Positions 60,979 to 64,000 of a DNA stretch of 64,000 bases are shown here, one piece after another; position 1 is the stretch's first letter; each line of letters begins with the position of its first letter. The notes below the pieces were generated by a model. That model saw only the letters and a list, made by a program, of their open reading frames with translations, ran no database searches and was not told the DNA's origin. This DNA comes from Alphaproteobacteria bacterium (GTDB lineage Bacteria; Pseudomonadota; Alphaproteobacteria; SMXP01), in the NCBI GenBank assembly GCA_028285305.1, contig JANQPV010000004.1, forward strand, positions 41,685 to 105,684, given 5' to 3'. The position numbers and the translations under genes were made by a program.

Positions 60979-61383
60979 ATGCGTTTTCTTGCAAGGCTGG
61001 TCTTTTTGCTCATCTTGTTGGTAGCCGTTGCGCTTGGTGGTTTGTTTATCGCCTCGGAGTCGGGTGAAGTCGTTGTGATTTCGACAGAAAATGACGATGG
61101 ACCGGCAACTACACGCATTTGGGTCATTGATCATAAGGACGCTCAATGGCTGCGAGGCAGTCCATCATCTGGTTGGGTACGCCGGATTTCCGAGAACCCA
61201 ACGCTGGAAATGGAGCGACAGGGCGTATCAGCCAAATACACCGCAACATTCGTTCCGGAAGAAATCTCCGAAATCAACAGGTTGACGGAGGAAAAGTATG
61301 GCTGGGCCAATCTTTATGTCCGCACGATCTTTCCTGTCGAAGATGGAGTCGCCATTCGCCTTGATGCTGTTGAAGAACAATGA
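60979..61383 (+). CDS. membrane-anchored protein, possibly split-barrel (deazaflavin-dependent nitroreductase-like)
   Basis: N-terminal TM followed by T...GP.TTRIWV....W.R....W.RRI..NP; ATG at 60979 after GGAGG. Confidence 0.55.
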   Translation: MRFLARLVFLLILLVAVALGGLFIASESGEVVVISTENDDGPATTRIWVIDHKDAQWLRGSPSSGWVRRISENPTLEMERQGVSAKYTATFVPEEISEINRLTEEKYGWANLYVRTIFPVEDGVAIRLDAVEEQ

Positions 61384-61583
61384 GTACGGGTCAGGTTGAA
61401 ACTTACTTATTGTCTTGAAACTGATTTGACGACCCAAACGGACTATCGGCAAACGCAATTTCAAGTTTCGAACAGCGGCGAGAAAATCGAACGTGGAGGA
61501 GCAATAAAGGTGACCATCCGGTCGCTGTTTCACGGTGGACAGCTCCTCCTCTTACCAGCTCGCGGCTTGCCGCAGGTCCAGGC

Positions 61584-62414
61584 CTAGGCATATCCTTGGG
61601 TGGAAATATAAGACTGCATCGCCGCGATGCGGTTTTGATCAGAGGGATGCGTCGACATGAACTCAGCCGGTCTCTGTCCGGAGCGCTTGGTCATCGTATC
61701 CCAGAAGCGCACGGCCTCGTTCGCCCGGTAGTTCGCATCCACCATAAAGTCCGCACCGAGACGATCAGCTTCATACTCATGCTTGCGCGAGTAAGGTAGA
61801 ATGACGCCAAACGTGACACCGGCACCCAAGATACCGGCAATCAAATTCCGCTGCTCAACATCGCCAACCGCAAGCGCAACGTTTGCGAGAGTTAAACCGC
61901 CGGCGGCGGCCATCTGCTGCGAGTAGCGTTCAGCCGCGTGCCGACCCACGACATGGCCGGCTTCGTGCCCCATCACGGTGGCGATTTGATCGTTATTCTC
62001 CATGATGTCTAAAAGGCCTGTGTGAAAGCCGACCTTTCCGCCCGGCATCACCCAAGCATTCACTGTGTCATCGTCGAAAACGACAAACTCCCAGTTTTGT
62101 TGCGTCAGATTGTGTTGGGGAAAGCGCTGATCTGCGGCGACGACAATTCGGTCGCCAACGCGCTCAACCTTCCGGCGAAGCGCCGGGTCAGAGGATTGCC
62201 TGTTTTCGCGTAGCGCCTGGGTCCATGATTGAGCCGCGAGTTGAGCGAGTTGGGCATCCGACACCAAAAGCAGTTGCTGGCGTCCCAGTGCCTCATTGGT
62301 GGTACAGCCCGAGAGGGACGGCCCTGCAAATGCGACGACCGAACCCGCCGCTAGACCGTTGACCAAATCGCGGCGCGACATTGTTACCGTCGGTTTTTCG
62401 CTCATCTCTTCCAT
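61584..62414 (-). CDS. M48 family metallopeptidase, putative Tat lipoprotein
   Basis: SRRDLV signal with LSGC lipobox; NAWVMPGGK, HEAGH, YSRKHEYEAD, STHP. Confidence 0.92.
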   Translation of the reverse strand: MEEMSEKPTVTMSRRDLVNGLAAGSVVAFAGPSLSGCTTNEALGRQQLLLVSDAQLAQLAAQSWTQALRENRQSSDPALRRKVERVGDRIVVAADQRFPQHNLTQQNWEFVVFDDDTVNAWVMPGGKVGFHTGLLDIMENNDQIATVMGHEAGHVVGRHAAERYSQQMAAAGGLTLANVALAVGDVEQRNLIAGILGAGVTFGVILPYSRKHEYEADRLGADFMVDANYRANEAVRFWDTMTKRSGQRPAEFMSTHPSDQNRIAAMQSYISTQGYA

Positions 62415-62455
62415 TGATCTTCCCTCCTCCAACAATACAGCATGGCTATCGGGTG

Positions 62456-62935
62456 TCACGGTGTCCGCTGACACGGCGCACAAAAACCGGAAAACTCAAC
62501 GACCCGGCGATTGACAGCGAACCCAAGGCGCTTCGCGTCTTCATTTATGAGCGTTTCGACCTTCGGGTTTTCGATTTCCACTGCATCACCACACGACTCG
62601 CAAACCAGAAAGACACAAGTGTGATCATGGTCCGGATGGATACGGGCAACATACGCGTTGCGGCTTTCGATACGCGCCACGACACCCTGTTCACATAGGA
62701 AATCCAGCGTTCTGTATATGCTTGGAGGAGCGAATTCGCGATCGGATGCATCGGATAGCAGGTCCCGTAACTCGTAAGCGCCAACCGGCCGCTTTACCGA
62801 CCAGAGCGTCTTCAAAACCGCTTGTCGCAAAGGCGTCATCCGTGCGCCCCGCAAGCGGCAGACAGCGATTACCGAATCGAGTTCCTCCTCACAGGCGGAC
62901 GTTTCGTTCGTTGAGCAACGCTTGGGGTGAGACAT
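62456..62935 (-). CDS. zur: Fur family zinc uptake regulator
   Basis: RMTPLR..VL, GAYEL, PPSIYRTLDFL, CESC, CAPC; divergent from a COG0523 gene across a Zur box. Confidence 0.8.
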   Translation of the reverse strand: MSHPKRCSTNETSACEEELDSVIAVCRLRGARMTPLRQAVLKTLWSVKRPVGAYELRDLLSDASDREFAPPSIYRTLDFLCEQGVVARIESRNAYVARIHPDHDHTCVFLVCESCGDAVEIENPKVETLINEDAKRLGFAVNRRVVEFSGFCAPCQRTP

Positions 62936-62957
62936 GCACAGGTCTGCTTCAGAAAAC

Positions 62958-62980
62958 GTAATGTTATAATATTGCATTAG
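62958..62980. promoter_or_regulatory. Zur box
   Basis: GTAATGTTATA-A-TATTGCATTAG versus the proteobacterial consensus GAAATGTTATA-N-TATAACATTTC. Confidence 0.85.
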
Positions 62981-63043
62981 ATGATACAAAGTTCTATGAG
63001 TAACTGCAAGACGCATTTCACACATCCCGACACGGAAGACTCA

Positions 63044-64000
63044 ATGACACTAACTCCCACCACTGACACGCGCCTTCCCGTCACCGTTCTCTCCGGTTTC
63101 TTGGGCGCGGGCAAAACCACGTTGCTCAATAGGGTCTTGAACAATCGAGAGGGTCGTCGGGTTGCGGTGATCGTCAATGATATGTCCGAAGTCAATATCG
63201 ACGCCGACCTAGTCCGCTCAGGCACCGAACTAAGCCGGACGGATGAAACCCTTGTTGAGATGTCGAACGGATGTATCTGCTGCACATTACGAGACGATTT
63301 ACTCGCTGAAGTGCGCCGGCTCGCGGGGGAAGGCCGTTTTGACTACCTATTGATTGAATCAACGGGCATTTCTGAGCCCTTGCCGGTTGCCGCCACGTTC
63401 GATTTCCGTACCGAGGAGGGCGAAAGCCTGTCTGATGTGGCGCGCATCGACACGATGGTGACGGTTGTGGATGCGGTGAACTTGCTCAAGGATTTCTCAA
63501 GTCATGATTTCTTGCGTGACCGGGGCGAGGTCATGGGCGAGGAGGACGAACGCACTCTCGTTCATCTTCTGACGGATCAAATTGAGTTTTCCGATATCAC
63601 TATATTGAACAAAGTCGACGATGCCCGCCCAGAACAAGTGGATGCCGCACGCAAGATCATCCGGAGTCTGAACGCTGATGTTCAAATCATTGAAACGAAT
63701 TATTCTGATGTGCCGGCGGATGCGATCCTCGACACCGGTCTTTTCGATTTCGAGAAAGCGCACGAACATCCCATGTGGGCAAAAGAACTCTATGGATATG
63801 CGGACCATACGCCGGAAACGGAAGAATACGGCGTTACATCCTACGTCTACCGAGCTCGGCGACCTTTCGAACCCCAGGCGATCCACGAACTTTTGAATGG
63901 CCCTCTGCCCGGCGTGATCCGTGCCAAAGGACATTTTTGGATTGCAACCCGACCCGATTGGGTCGCGGAGTTTTCGCTGGCTGGCGCTCTGTCCAGCGTA
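63044..64000 (+). CDS. zigA: COG0523 zinc metallochaperone GTPase (ZigA/YciC-like), truncated by the window end
   Basis: Absent from the ORF track because it has no stop in the window. Reads [75 protein letters not shown]. Confidence 0.9.
   Translation, partial: MTLTPTTDTRLPVTVLSGFLGAGKTTLLNRVLNNREGRRVAVIVNDMSEVNIDADLVRSGTELSRTDETLVEMSNGCICCTLRDDLLAEVRRLAGEGRFDYLLIESTGISEPLPVAATFDFRTEEGESLSDVARIDTMVTVVDAVNLLKDFSSHDFLRDRGEVMGEEDERTLVHLLTDQIEFSDITILNKVDDARPEQVDAARKIIRSLNADVQIIETNYSDVPADAILDTGLFDFEKAHEHPMWAKELYGYADHTPETEEYGVTSYVYRARRPFEPQAIHELLNGPLPGVIRAKGHFWIATRPDWVAEFSLAGALSSV

Overview
The window is alphaproteobacterial chromosomal DNA, inferred from gene order, parS sites, CtrA-type boxes and REP-like repeats, and it spans the probable replication origin. 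A housekeeping core (parB-parA-rsmG-mnmG-mnmE ... rho | oriC | ppsR-maf-aroE-coaE-dnaQ, about 9.3-22.2 kb, with three parS sites) is flanked by catabolic and regulatory modules: acyl-CoA dehydrogenases, SDRs, IorAB-like molybdoenzyme, copper amine oxidase with GNAT and deacetylase, PhlG-like and CocE hydrolases, an RND pump, an RTX repeat protein, and Zur with a COG0523 GTPase. The standout is a visibly AT-rich island at about 29.4-32.2 kb. It encodes a Cys-free 136-aa peptide with an NHLP-clan-like leader and five tandem aromatic-x-Asp/Asn motifs (FTDN-FTDN-YSDN-DH-YTDS-YTNS). Next to it are an HxsB-like radical SAM/SPASM enzyme and a third gene broken by an in-frame TAA. This is a candidate new cyclophane (triceptide-like) RiPP system. 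I saw no rRNA, tRNA, CRISPR array, integrase or transposase. All family assignments come from motif recognition by eye, not database searches.
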